In this document: positions 47,241 to 55,642 of the stretch, piece by piece
How positions within the stretch are numbered: position 1 is the stretch's first letter
How the letters are laid out: each line of letters opens with the position of its first letter
Source of the DNA: Gammaproteobacteria bacterium
Lineage (GTDB): Bacteria > Pseudomonadota > Gammaproteobacteria > GCA-001735895
Direction: 5' to 3'
DNA length: 56,921 bases
NCBI GenBank assembly: GCA_024763505.1
Contig: JANTFI010000004.1
Location: 1-56,921, forward strand
The notes under the pieces: generated by a model
Databases searched by the model: none
The model's input: only the letters and a program-made list of their open reading frames with translations
Told to the model about the DNA's origin: nothing
Program-made: the position numbers and the translations under genes

Positions 47241-48119
47241 CTATGCTCCGGCTACGCAGCCCTCAAATACATCTTTTTCTGATTGAATGGCCTCAGCCAT
47301 ATGCTGCCGAAAGGCCAGCACCCGGGCGGTGCGTTTCATATCCGGGTGTAACAATAACCAAAGCCCGAGATCATGCGCCGGGTCCGGATCGCAATAACGC
47401 TCCAGCTTCGGGTCGGCATCCCCCATAAAACAGGGCAGAAAAGAAATGCCCAGACCATTGCGGATGGCTGACAGTGTCAGCAGCGTGTCATCACTGTAAA
47501 AATGATGCTGTTGATCCTCACAGGCATGCCGCGTCCAGGATTTGTGAAAGCCACAGCAATTCACCCCGATCCACTTTGGTGGACGATTTTGCTCACGCAT
47601 CTGCCGCAAGTATTCGCGACTGCCATAGATGGTTGACGCCACTGTCACCAGTCGTTTACCGACCAGCGTATCGGTAGGCGTATTGGTCAAGCGCAGTGCC
47701 ACATCGGCTTCGCGTTGAGACAGGCTGGAATCCAGATTGGAAACCTCGATATGCAATTCGATGTCGGGGTAAGCCTGGCTGAAACGGGAAAATATCGGCA
47801 TCAGTACCGTCGAAGCCATATTATTGATCGCCGTGACCCTGAGCGGTCCGACCAGTTGAGCATCTTCACCGAGTACCGCCGAATCCACATGCAGCACCTC
47901 CGTCTCCATACGGCGTGCCGATTGCAGCAGGTTTTCACCCGCCAGCGTCAATTCATAACCAGCCGTTTTTCGATCGAACAGGCGCGCGCCCAGTGTTTCT
48001 TCCAGCTTGCGCAGACGCCGTGAGACGGTCGAATGCTGCACTTCAAGTTGCCGCGCTGCCCCACTGATCGAGCCGACCCGCGCGACAGCGAGAAATATTC
48101 TCAGATCGTCCCAGTTCAT
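47241..48119 (-). CDS. LysR-family transcriptional regulator
   Basis: MNWDDLRIFLAVARVGSISGAARQL.V.HSTVSRRLRKLE..LGARLFDR; READVALR. Start at 48119. Confidence 0.95.
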   Translation of the reverse strand: MNWDDLRIFLAVARVGSISGAARQLEVQHSTVSRRLRKLEETLGARLFDRKTAGYELTLAGENLLQSARRMETEVLHVDSAVLGEDAQLVGPLRVTAINNMASTVLMPIFSRFSQAYPDIELHIEVSNLDSSLSQREADVALRLTNTPTDTLVGKRLVTVASTIYGSREYLRQMREQNRPPKWIGVNCCGFHKSWTRHACEDQQHHFYSDDTLLTLSAIRNGLGISFLPCFMGDADPKLERYCDPDPAHDLGLWLLLHPDMKRTARVLAFRQHMAEAIQSEKDVFEGCVAGA

Positions 48120-48132
48120 CTCTCCCCCGGCC

Positions 48133-48148
48133 TGTGCATTTTTGCACA
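48133..48148. promoter_or_regulatory. Palindrome in the LysR divergent promoter
   Basis: TGTGCA-TTTT-TGCACA, 14 nt upstream of the LysR start. Confidence 0.55.
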
Positions 48149-48235
48149 TTATGTTTGTTTTTTTTGCGAATTGTAAGCCGGAGTGATCGGCCTAGACTGA
48201 ATGGCACCGTAAACAACCACCAACAGGAAAGTGCC

Positions 48236-49114
48236 ATGACCAAAAATCCACAGCCCATTACTACCGAGTTCGACTCAATGCAGTACAAGAAAACCACCTT
48301 GCAGCAATGGAACCAGGCGGCACCGGCCTGGCATCGCTGGTCGCCGCTGTTGTCCCGATGGCTGGGACCGGCCACCGAAACCATGCTGGATATGGCCGGA
48401 GTGGAGTCCGGTCATCGAGTTCTTGATGTTGCCGCCGGTGCAGGTGAGCAAAGCCTTGCTGCAGCCAGACGCGTCGGTGCAGGCGGCCATGTACTGGCCA
48501 CCGATCTTTCGGCAGAAATCCTGCACTATGCAGAACAGTCCGCAAATCTGGCCGGACTGGACAATATCAAAACCCGCGAGATCGATGGTGAACAATTGGC
48601 CGAACTGGACGAACCCGAATTTGACGCCGTAATTTCGCGTGTGGGTCTGATCTATTTTCCAGACCAGATTAAAGCTATGGACGGAATGAAACAGCAATTA
48701 AAAAAAGGGGGCAAAGTTGCAGCGATGGTGTATTCCACTGCCGAAAAGAATCCATTCTTTTCACTGCCGGTTTCCATTATTCGCAGACGCGCCAATTTAC
48801 CTGCGCCGCTACCCGGTCAACCGGGTCCATTCAGCCTCGGCAGTAGAGAAAAATTACAGCAGCTTTTTTCCGATGCCGGGTTGAGCAATATCTCCGTCGA
48901 AGCCATTAACGCACCGGTCCGGGTTAGATCAGCGGCTGAATGCCTTCAGTTCGAGCAGGAATCGTTCGGTGCCTTGCACCAGATGCTCAGTAGCCTGAGC
49001 GACCCCGAAAAGGATGAAGCCTGGCAGGAAATCGAAACCTCGCTGAGCCAGTTTGAAAGCAACGGGCAATTCGAAGGGCCTTGCGAAATGCTGGTTGCCG
49101 TCGGCCAGAAATAA
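48236..49114 (+). CDS. Class I SAM-dependent methyltransferase (UbiE-like)
   Basis: RVLDVAAGAGE, VLATDLS, FDAVISRVGLIYFPD, PGPFSL. Likely start MTKNP at 48236 after AGGAAAG. Confidence 0.9.
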   Translation: MTKNPQPITTEFDSMQYKKTTLQQWNQAAPAWHRWSPLLSRWLGPATETMLDMAGVESGHRVLDVAAGAGEQSLAAARRVGAGGHVLATDLSAEILHYAEQSANLAGLDNIKTREIDGEQLAELDEPEFDAVISRVGLIYFPDQIKAMDGMKQQLKKGGKVAAMVYSTAEKNPFFSLPVSIIRRRANLPAPLPGQPGPFSLGSREKLQQLFSDAGLSNISVEAINAPVRVRSAAECLQFEQESFGALHQMLSSLSDPEKDEAWQEIETSLSQFESNGQFEGPCEMLVAVGQK

Positions 49115-49141
49115 TCATTACGTCATCAAGAGGATATCGCC

Positions 49142-50092
49142 ATGACCAAACTTGCCATCGTACAAACCGCTCCGGTATTTCTGGACAAGGTCAGCACCAT
49201 TGACCTTGCGGTAACCAAAATCGAAGAAGCCGCGCGCGAGGGCGCCGAACTGGTCGTCTTTACCGAAGCCTTTATCCCCGGCTACCCGGCCTGGGTGTGG
49301 CGGCTGCGCCCGGGTGGCGACTGGGACTTGTCCGAAGCCTTGCACCAACGCTTGCTCGACAATGCGGTGAACCTCGACAGCAACGATCTTGACCCGTTAT
49401 ATCAAGCCGCAAAAAAACACGGCGTCACGGTCGTCTGCGGCATCGAAGAAAGAGACCACCGGCTCAGCAGGGCGACACTGTATAACAGCGTCATCGTGAT
49501 TGGCGCCGATGGAAAGCTGTTGAATCATCATCGCAAATTGATGCCCACCAATCCCGAGCGCATGGTCTGGGGCTTCGGCGATGCCAGCGGGATGAACGTA
49601 GTCGAAACACCGGCCGGCCGCATTGGCACCTTACTCTGCTGGGAGAATTTTATGCCACTGGCTCGATACACCCTGTACGCGCAAGGTGTCGAGATTTATG
49701 TCGCCCCGACCTACGACAGTGGCGACAACTGGATTGGCAGCCTGCAGCATATCGCACGCGAAGGCTGCTGCTGGGTGGTGGGATGCGGCAACCTGATGCA
49801 GGGTCATGACATACCGGATGACCTGCCTGGCAGAGATCAACTGTATCCGGATCAGGACGAGTGGATCAACCCCGGTGATTCGGTCGTCATCGCGCCCGGC
49901 GGTGAGATCGTCGCCGGACCGATGCGACAGCAACCGGGCATTTTGTATCACGACATCGATCCGGCAAAAGTCGGCATCGCCCGAAGGGCCTTCGATGTAG
50001 CCGGACATTATTCACGACCCGATATTTTTCAACTGCATGTCAATACCCAGCCACAATCTTCCGTGCACTTTGACGGTCAAGAGCAAAAATAA
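49142..50092 (+). CDS. Nitrilase (branch 1 carbon-nitrogen hydrolase)
   Basis: VVFTEAFIPGYP (Glu), HRKLMPTNPER.VWGFGD (Lys), LLCWENFMPLAR (Cys), FDVAGHYSRPDIF. Confidence 0.92.
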   Translation: MTKLAIVQTAPVFLDKVSTIDLAVTKIEEAAREGAELVVFTEAFIPGYPAWVWRLRPGGDWDLSEALHQRLLDNAVNLDSNDLDPLYQAAKKHGVTVVCGIEERDHRLSRATLYNSVIVIGADGKLLNHHRKLMPTNPERMVWGFGDASGMNVVETPAGRIGTLLCWENFMPLARYTLYAQGVEIYVAPTYDSGDNWIGSLQHIAREGCCWVVGCGNLMQGHDIPDDLPGRDQLYPDQDEWINPGDSVVIAPGGEIVAGPMRQQPGILYHDIDPAKVGIARRAFDVAGHYSRPDIFQLHVNTQPQSSVHFDGQEQK

Positions 50093-50108
50093 ACCCGAGG
50101 ATAAAATC

Positions 50109-50564
50109 ATGAATACGACAACCACCTATCAAGCCAGCTGCTTTTGCGGAGCAGTACAACTCCAGCTGCAAGGAGAACCCGAAGCCATGGCCTATTGCCA
50201 TTGCGACTCCTGTCGGCGCTGGTCAGCCGGACAGATTAACGCCTTTACCTTGTGGAAACCGGAGGCGGTCACCATCATCACCGGGCAGGATCACATGGCC
50301 CACTACAGCGGTAACCCGGGTTCTTCCCATGACCATGAAGTCAGCAAGCGGACCTGGTGCAAACAATGTGGCGGCCATATCTTCACCGAACATCCCGACA
50401 TGGGGGTCACTGATGTTCCGGCCTCGGTGATTGCCGGCCTCACATTCCAGCCCGGATTTCATGTGCACTATCAGGAAACCGTCAGTCCGGTTCGCGATGG
50501 CTTGCCGAAATTCCGCGACCTGCCTGCGCCCGCAGGCGGCAGTGGTCTGGAGATGGCGGAGTAG
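50109..50564 (+). CDS. GFA/CENP-V family Zn protein
   Basis: ASCFCGAV, YCHCDSCRR, WCKQCG, HVHYQE. Start MNTTT at 50109 after GAGG. Confidence 0.9.
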   Translation: MNTTTTYQASCFCGAVQLQLQGEPEAMAYCHCDSCRRWSAGQINAFTLWKPEAVTIITGQDHMAHYSGNPGSSHDHEVSKRTWCKQCGGHIFTEHPDMGVTDVPASVIAGLTFQPGFHVHYQETVSPVRDGLPKFRDLPAPAGGSGLEMAE

Positions 50565-50571
50565 CCTTGCG

Positions 50572-51543
50572 ATGAAAAGACGGTCAACTGTTCAGACGCT
50601 GTTATGGCTGGCGACCTTGCTGGCGATCGTGCTGGTTTTCACGCCGGGTCACGCAGCCAGCGGCAAGCCCTGCTCTTTTCAGCCGCTGTCCGAAACCGTG
50701 TATGTCATTCGGGGGTCCGACCCGGTCGAATGCCCGGCCAGCCAGCTGCGACACCCGGCCACCAATCCGGTCGCCATCATCGGGCCGCAAGGCGTGGTGC
50801 TGGTCGACCCCGGCAGCAGTGAAGAGGTCGGCCAACTGGTTCTCGAGCGGTTGCGGGAAATCACCGATCAACCGGTGGTCGCCGTTATCAATACCCACAT
50901 CCACGGCTTGTACTGGCTGGCCAATCACGCCATCCATCAAGCCTTCCCAAAGGCCCCGATCTATGCCCACCCGCGGATGATCGAGCGACTGGAAAGCGGC
51001 GAAGACCAGCAATGGATCGAGGTCTTTGCACCGGCCGAAGGCGCGACAAAGACCAAAATCAAACGCCCCGACCAGGCGCTTGATGGCACTTCGGTCATCA
51101 ACCTCAATGGCGTGGCGCTGAAAATCCGTCGCCTGCCCCATGCTCATACCGATCACGACCTGACGGTTGAAATCATCGAGGACAGGATTCTGGTTCTCGG
51201 AGGCCTCGTGGTCGAGCCCGAAGTCCCGTCGCAGGGGGTGCCGCAAGATGCCGACTTCAAGGGTCAGATCGCAGCCACCCGACAGGCGCTCGATCTCGAC
51301 ATGCGCCTCTATATTCCCGGACAGGGTTTGCCCGCGGATCGATCGCTGGTGCAAACAAGCCTGACATTTCTGCAGGCGCTGTATCAGGGCGTGGAGCAAT
51401 ATTACCCGCAAGGGCTGACCGACTATGAAATGACCGCGAGACTGAAACAGGATCTGGCAGCTTTTGCTCGCTGGTATGATTTCGAGCATCTCGGCAAAGT
51501 GATCGCGCAAATCTATCTTCAGGTCGAGCAGGATCAATTTTGA
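50572..51543 (+). CDS. Secreted MBL-fold protein (SoxH-like) with degenerate metal site
   Basis: Signal peptide; GVVLVDPGSS, VINTHIHGLYWLAN (canonical HxHxDH), HAHTDHDL, YIPGQG. Start MKRRS at 50572. Confidence 0.8.
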   Translation: MKRRSTVQTLLWLATLLAIVLVFTPGHAASGKPCSFQPLSETVYVIRGSDPVECPASQLRHPATNPVAIIGPQGVVLVDPGSSEEVGQLVLERLREITDQPVVAVINTHIHGLYWLANHAIHQAFPKAPIYAHPRMIERLESGEDQQWIEVFAPAEGATKTKIKRPDQALDGTSVINLNGVALKIRRLPHAHTDHDLTVEIIEDRILVLGGLVVEPEVPSQGVPQDADFKGQIAATRQALDLDMRLYIPGQGLPADRSLVQTSLTFLQALYQGVEQYYPQGLTDYEMTARLKQDLAAFARWYDFEHLGKVIAQIYLQVEQDQF

Positions 51544-51613
51544 CCCGGCCCGGCGCCTGACGAGACTGCCATTTTCTGATACCCTCTGGCGACTTTTCTG
51601 ACACCGAAATTCC

Positions 51614-52738
51614 ATGCCGAGTCCCGACCCGTTACGCCTGCTGCGCAGCATTCGCATCTTACTGTATATCCTGATTGTGGTGCTGGCGGTCAGCTTTTTG
51701 CTGCCCAACCTGCAAATCATGTGGGCGACGATGAATGCCGAACCACGGATGGTCAGCGCGCGCGGGGAGCTTTCCCAAACGGAAAAAACCAACATCGAAA
51801 TCTTTCGCCAGGCCAGTCCATCGGTGGTATTCATCACCACGCTGAGCGACAGTATCAACCTGTGGACACGCGACATCACGCGCATGCCGCAAGGCACCGG
51901 TTCCGGTTTCGTGTGGGACCAGAACGGTCATATCGTGACCAATTATCATGTAGTGAAAAATGCCTCGGAAGTGCATGTCAGGCTGGATGACCAGCGCAGC
52001 TTCCGCGCCGTGCTGGTCGGCGCCAGTCCGCAGCATGATCTGGCCGTGCTGCGCCTGCCGATGCCGCAAAAGCTGCCGCCACCGCTGCCGATAGGCTCCA
52101 GCCACGACCTGCAGGTCGGTCAGGCGATGTATGCCATCGGCAACCCGTTCGGACTCGATCACACCCTGACCACCGGCGTAATTTCGGCCCTCAATCGCAG
52201 CATCGGCACCGAAGAAGGTGGCACCATCAATGACTTGATTCAAACCGACGCAGCCATCAATCCCGGCAATTCGGGCGGCCCGTTACTCGACAGTGCCGGA
52301 CGGCTGGCCGGCATCAATACCGCGATTTTCAGTCCTTCCGGCACCTATGCCGGCATCGGTTTCGCCGTGCCGGTCGATACTGTCAACCGGGTGGTTCCGC
52401 AATTGATCGCCCGCGGACAATACCAGCGTCCCGCGCTGGGCATCAGCGTGGATGAACGCATCAGCCGGCTGATTCAGCAACAGCTCGGGATCGAAGGTGT
52501 GCCGATTCTGTCGATTGAACCCGGTTCGGCCGCGGCCGCTGCCGGTTTACGCGCGGCACAGATCATGCGCAATGACGGCATCGTTCCCGGAGACATCATC
52601 CAGCAGATCGGCTCCTACCCGGTCAGCGACACCGAGTCGCTGCTCGATGCGCTGGATAACTATCGCATCGGCGACAAGGTCGATATCCGCTTTTCCCGGG
52701 ACGGCCAGCAGCTTCAGACCACACTGGTGCTGCAATAG
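51614..52738 (+). CDS. HtrA/DegP-family serine protease with one PDZ domain
   Basis: GTGSGFVW, VTNYHVV (His), DLAVL (Asp), IQTDAAINPGNSGGPL (Ser), PDZ GDII; N-terminal TM anchor. Confidence 0.95.
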   Translation: MPSPDPLRLLRSIRILLYILIVVLAVSFLLPNLQIMWATMNAEPRMVSARGELSQTEKTNIEIFRQASPSVVFITTLSDSINLWTRDITRMPQGTGSGFVWDQNGHIVTNYHVVKNASEVHVRLDDQRSFRAVLVGASPQHDLAVLRLPMPQKLPPPLPIGSSHDLQVGQAMYAIGNPFGLDHTLTTGVISALNRSIGTEEGGTINDLIQTDAAINPGNSGGPLLDSAGRLAGINTAIFSPSGTYAGIGFAVPVDTVNRVVPQLIARGQYQRPALGISVDERISRLIQQQLGIEGVPILSIEPGSAAAAAGLRAAQIMRNDGIVPGDIIQQIGSYPVSDTESLLDALDNYRIGDKVDIRFSRDGQQLQTTLVLQ

Positions 52739-52877
52739 CTCTGCTCCGGTTACGGCTTGCCTGAACAATCGCTTGTCGTCTTTTGTTTGGATCCTGCCCT
52801 TGAATAAAGTCGCCGGTTTGCCGCAGTGGCACTTTTAAAATAGAATCAGCGCTACCGACACAGCGACAGGAAACCCG

Positions 52878-53609
52878 ATGGAACGAGACCACGATGAACA
52901 CCCGCGTCGACAGTTTTTGATTCAGGCGCTAGCGGCCGGGCTGTATTCCACCTTACCTGCCGAACAGGCGCAGGCCGCGTGGAGCCTGTTTGGTGAAAAG
53001 CCGAAGAAAATGCCTGCCAGCCGTTCTATCTATCGTCTCACCGGCTCGGCCTGGATCAATGGCAAAAAAGCCAACCCGCAATCCATCATCCGCCCAGGCG
53101 ATACCGTCGAAACCGGAAAATCCAGCGAAATGATTTTCGTCGTCAACACCCATTCGATGATTATACGCAGTGAAACCCGGCTCGAAATCGAGCGCGAAGA
53201 CGATGACGATAATTTCATTTTAAGCGGCTTGCGCCTGCTGGCTGGCAAGCTGCTTTCGGTCTCGCGCAACACTCCGATCCGGGTCTCTACGCTGACCGCC
53301 ACCATTGGCATCCGCGGCACCGGCTGGTATGCCGAGGCCGACCCCGAGCAAACCTATTTCTGCACCTGTTACGGCACCACCCGTATCAGCGCCAATCAGG
53401 ATCCACTCAGTGAAGAAATCGTCAATGCCAAACACCATGACCGGCCGCTGTATATTCTGAACCAGGGCAATGAAGGTGAACTGATCCGCGAAGCACCGTT
53501 TATCAATCACACCGATCAGGAATTGATGCTGATCGAAGCGCTGGCCGGGCGCGAGCCACCGTTTGTATTTTCCAAGGATGATTATTCCGGCCCGCGGCGC
53601 GATTACTGA
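52878..53609 (+). CDS. Tat-exported FecR-like beta-domain protein
   Basis: PRRQFL twin-arginine signal ending AQA; DTVETG, TLTATIGIRGT FecR-type motifs. Confidence 0.7.
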   Translation: MERDHDEHPRRQFLIQALAAGLYSTLPAEQAQAAWSLFGEKPKKMPASRSIYRLTGSAWINGKKANPQSIIRPGDTVETGKSSEMIFVVNTHSMIIRSETRLEIEREDDDDNFILSGLRLLAGKLLSVSRNTPIRVSTLTATIGIRGTGWYAEADPEQTYFCTCYGTTRISANQDPLSEEIVNAKHHDRPLYILNQGNEGELIREAPFINHTDQELMLIEALAGREPPFVFSKDDYSGPRRDY

Positions 53610-53615
53610 TGCGAC

Positions 53616-54635
53616 TCATAGTGCGACACTGACCCGCTCGATCAGCCAGTACATCGCAATCCCGCCCACCACATAAACCGCGCCCAGTTGCAAACCCTGC
53701 GCGCTGCGTGACGACAAGCGCTGCGACAACAACCGGTAGAGCAGGCTGACCGTCAACACGAAAAGTAATTGCCCGACTTCGATGCCGATATTGAAAAACA
53801 GCAACGCGCTGACCAGTTGATCCTGCGGCAATCCGATCTCGGCCAGCGCACCGGCAAAGCCAAGGCCGTGTACCAGCCCGAACAGAAATACCACCAGCCA
53901 AGGATAGCGAGCGGATAGTCCTTGCTCGGGCTGATCAAACAGGTAGCGCCGAGCGATTTCGCTGGCCAGAAACACAATGCTGAGTGCGATAAAGGCTTCC
54001 ACCGGAGCCTGCTGTACATGAATCAACCCCAGCGACGCCAGTGCCAGCGTGATACTGTGGGCGACGGTGAAAGCGGTGATGGTTTTCAGCAAACGCCAGA
54101 AACCATCGACATACAGCAACAGCAAAAACACAAACAGAATATGATCGATGCCAAGCAGAATATGCTCGACGCCCAGCAGCAGATAATCACCGGCCACTTC
54201 CTGCCACGAGCTTTGCCCACTGACTCGATAGCGAGTCTGACCGGCGCTGATGAACTTCGAGATCACCCGACCATCGCCATAGCGGATTTGCAGCAGTGCG
54301 CTGTCCAGCCCTTCGGCCAACGCATCCAGCCGGATATCGCGCCCAGCCAGCGGTGTTTGGCAGTGCAACTGCCAGCGCTGGATCAAACGGTTGTCCGAGC
54401 CTTGTTGTGTCAACTCGCAGTCTTCGGGAAACGCCGGCACGGGAAGCCCCTGCCCGAGCAGCCGGGCCGGTAATTTCCACGACACATCGAAGTCCTGGCT
54501 GAAGTTCTGGCTGAAGTTCTGGCTATCACCTTGCTGCTGCAAAAACAGAAACCCGGTGCGCAATTCATGTGCCGACAGGCTAGTACTGGACAACAGACAC
54601 AGCCAGCAGGCCAGCCATCGCAGACTCCACTTCAT
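53616..54635 (-). CDS. HupE/UreJ-family (HupE_UreJ_2) membrane protein with periplasmic N-domain
   Basis: Signal peptide ending SA-HELR; LGVEHILLGIDHILF, ITAFTVAHSITL, VEAFIALSI, FGLVHGLGFAGAL, LLFFNIGIEVGQ. Start MKWSL at 54635. Confidence 0.88.
   Translation of the reverse strand: MKWSLRWLACWLCLLSSTSLSAHELRTGFLFLQQQGDSQNFSQNFSQDFDVSWKLPARLLGQGLPVPAFPEDCELTQQGSDNRLIQRWQLHCQTPLAGRDIRLDALAEGLDSALLQIRYGDGRVISKFISAGQTRYRVSGQSSWQEVAGDYLLLGVEHILLGIDHILFVFLLLLYVDGFWRLLKTITAFTVAHSITLALASLGLIHVQQAPVEAFIALSIVFLASEIARRYLFDQPEQGLSARYPWLVVFLFGLVHGLGFAGALAEIGLPQDQLVSALLFFNIGIEVGQLLFVLTVSLLYRLLSQRLSSRSAQGLQLGAVYVVGGIAMYWLIERVSVAL
54489..54524 (-). repeat. In-frame 12-bp tandem repeat (SQNF-SQNF-SQDF)
   Basis: Plus strand gaagtcctggct-gaagttctggct-gaagttctggct. 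Confidence 0.85.
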
Positions 54636-54672
54636 GCCTGCACCCGCTGGCAAAGTTCGGGTTGTGACAGCA

Positions 54673-55461
54673 TCAACGCTGCACCTCGACCTGATAGCGT
54701 TGGCGTAGCTGTCGCACATAGCGGTCGAGCAAAAAGGCTTGCTGCAAACGGTCGCGCAGCGGTTCCAGCTCAACCGAACCGGCAGCCTGTTTTTGCTCGA
54801 TCAAGACCAGATGCCAACCCTTGTCGGAAGCCAGTGGGCCTTGCCACTGCCCGGTCGGCAGGCGTTGCAACGCAGTTACGAAATCATCGCCATAGCGTTG
54901 CTGCAAGGATTTCTGAGTAGCATGCACCCGCCTTGGTTGGCTCGAAGCGGGTAAATCCAGCGCCTGTGGGTTTTGCTGCAGCCGACTCAGCCAGGCGATG
55001 GCTTGCTCGCGCGCGGCGGCATCGGCCGGCTCGAACACCACTTGCTCGAAGCGATAGCTGGCCGGTAATTGGTAATCTTCTTGGTTTTCCCGCAGGAAGC
55101 GCTGCAGGTCGGTATCATCCGGACGGTCACCCTCATTCAGACCGGCCGCCAGAAATTTCATCTTGTCGGCGAGATGGCGACGAATGATCGAGTCGCCCTC
55201 GAGCATGCCGAGGCGAATGGCTTCGCGTGACAGTAATTCTTCTTCGATACGTTGCTCGAGTAATGCCTGCCGATCACGCGCATCCGGTGGACGCTGCTGT
55301 GTTTTGCGAAATTCATTCTCCAGCACCTCGATATCGCTGCGCTTGATCACGATGCGCCGCTCACTATCGTCGCTACCAAACACGTCCAGTAAGACAAAAA
55401 TGATGGCACCGAGCAGCATGAAATGTAGCAGCGGGTCGCGCCCGATTTTCGACCATTGCAT
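54673..55461 (-). CDS. PpiC-type peptidyl-prolyl isomerase-like protein (Rotamase_2 group)
   Basis: RDPLLHF.LLGA.IF, EELL.REA..LG....D.IIRRHL..KM.FL, GQWQGPLASDKGWHLV. Start MQWSK at 55461. Confidence 0.82.
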   Translation of the reverse strand: MQWSKIGRDPLLHFMLLGAIIFVLLDVFGSDDSERRIVIKRSDIEVLENEFRKTQQRPPDARDRQALLEQRIEEELLSREAIRLGMLEGDSIIRRHLADKMKFLAAGLNEGDRPDDTDLQRFLRENQEDYQLPASYRFEQVVFEPADAAAREQAIAWLSRLQQNPQALDLPASSQPRRVHATQKSLQQRYGDDFVTALQRLPTGQWQGPLASDKGWHLVLIEQKQAAGSVELEPLRDRLQQAFLLDRYVRQLRQRYQVEVQR

Positions 55462-55642
55462 AGTTGGATGTCCTGGAAAATCTGTGCCTTTGAGCGATTG
55501 CAAAAGCCTGCTGAAGCAGACTGCATGGTTCGCGTGGTGTAGTTGACAGCTCGCCCCGTTGTCAGTAGCTTCTCATCTTGACGCGGGGCAATCAACTGCT
55601 GCACGCTCCATGCGCACACAATAAAAAAGGGGGCAGGGAATC

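Noticed and set aside
50602-51897. 431-aa minus-strand ORF
   Set aside because: Antisense shadow of the MBL and HtrA genes; no motifs, and composition is typical of reverse-frame reading.
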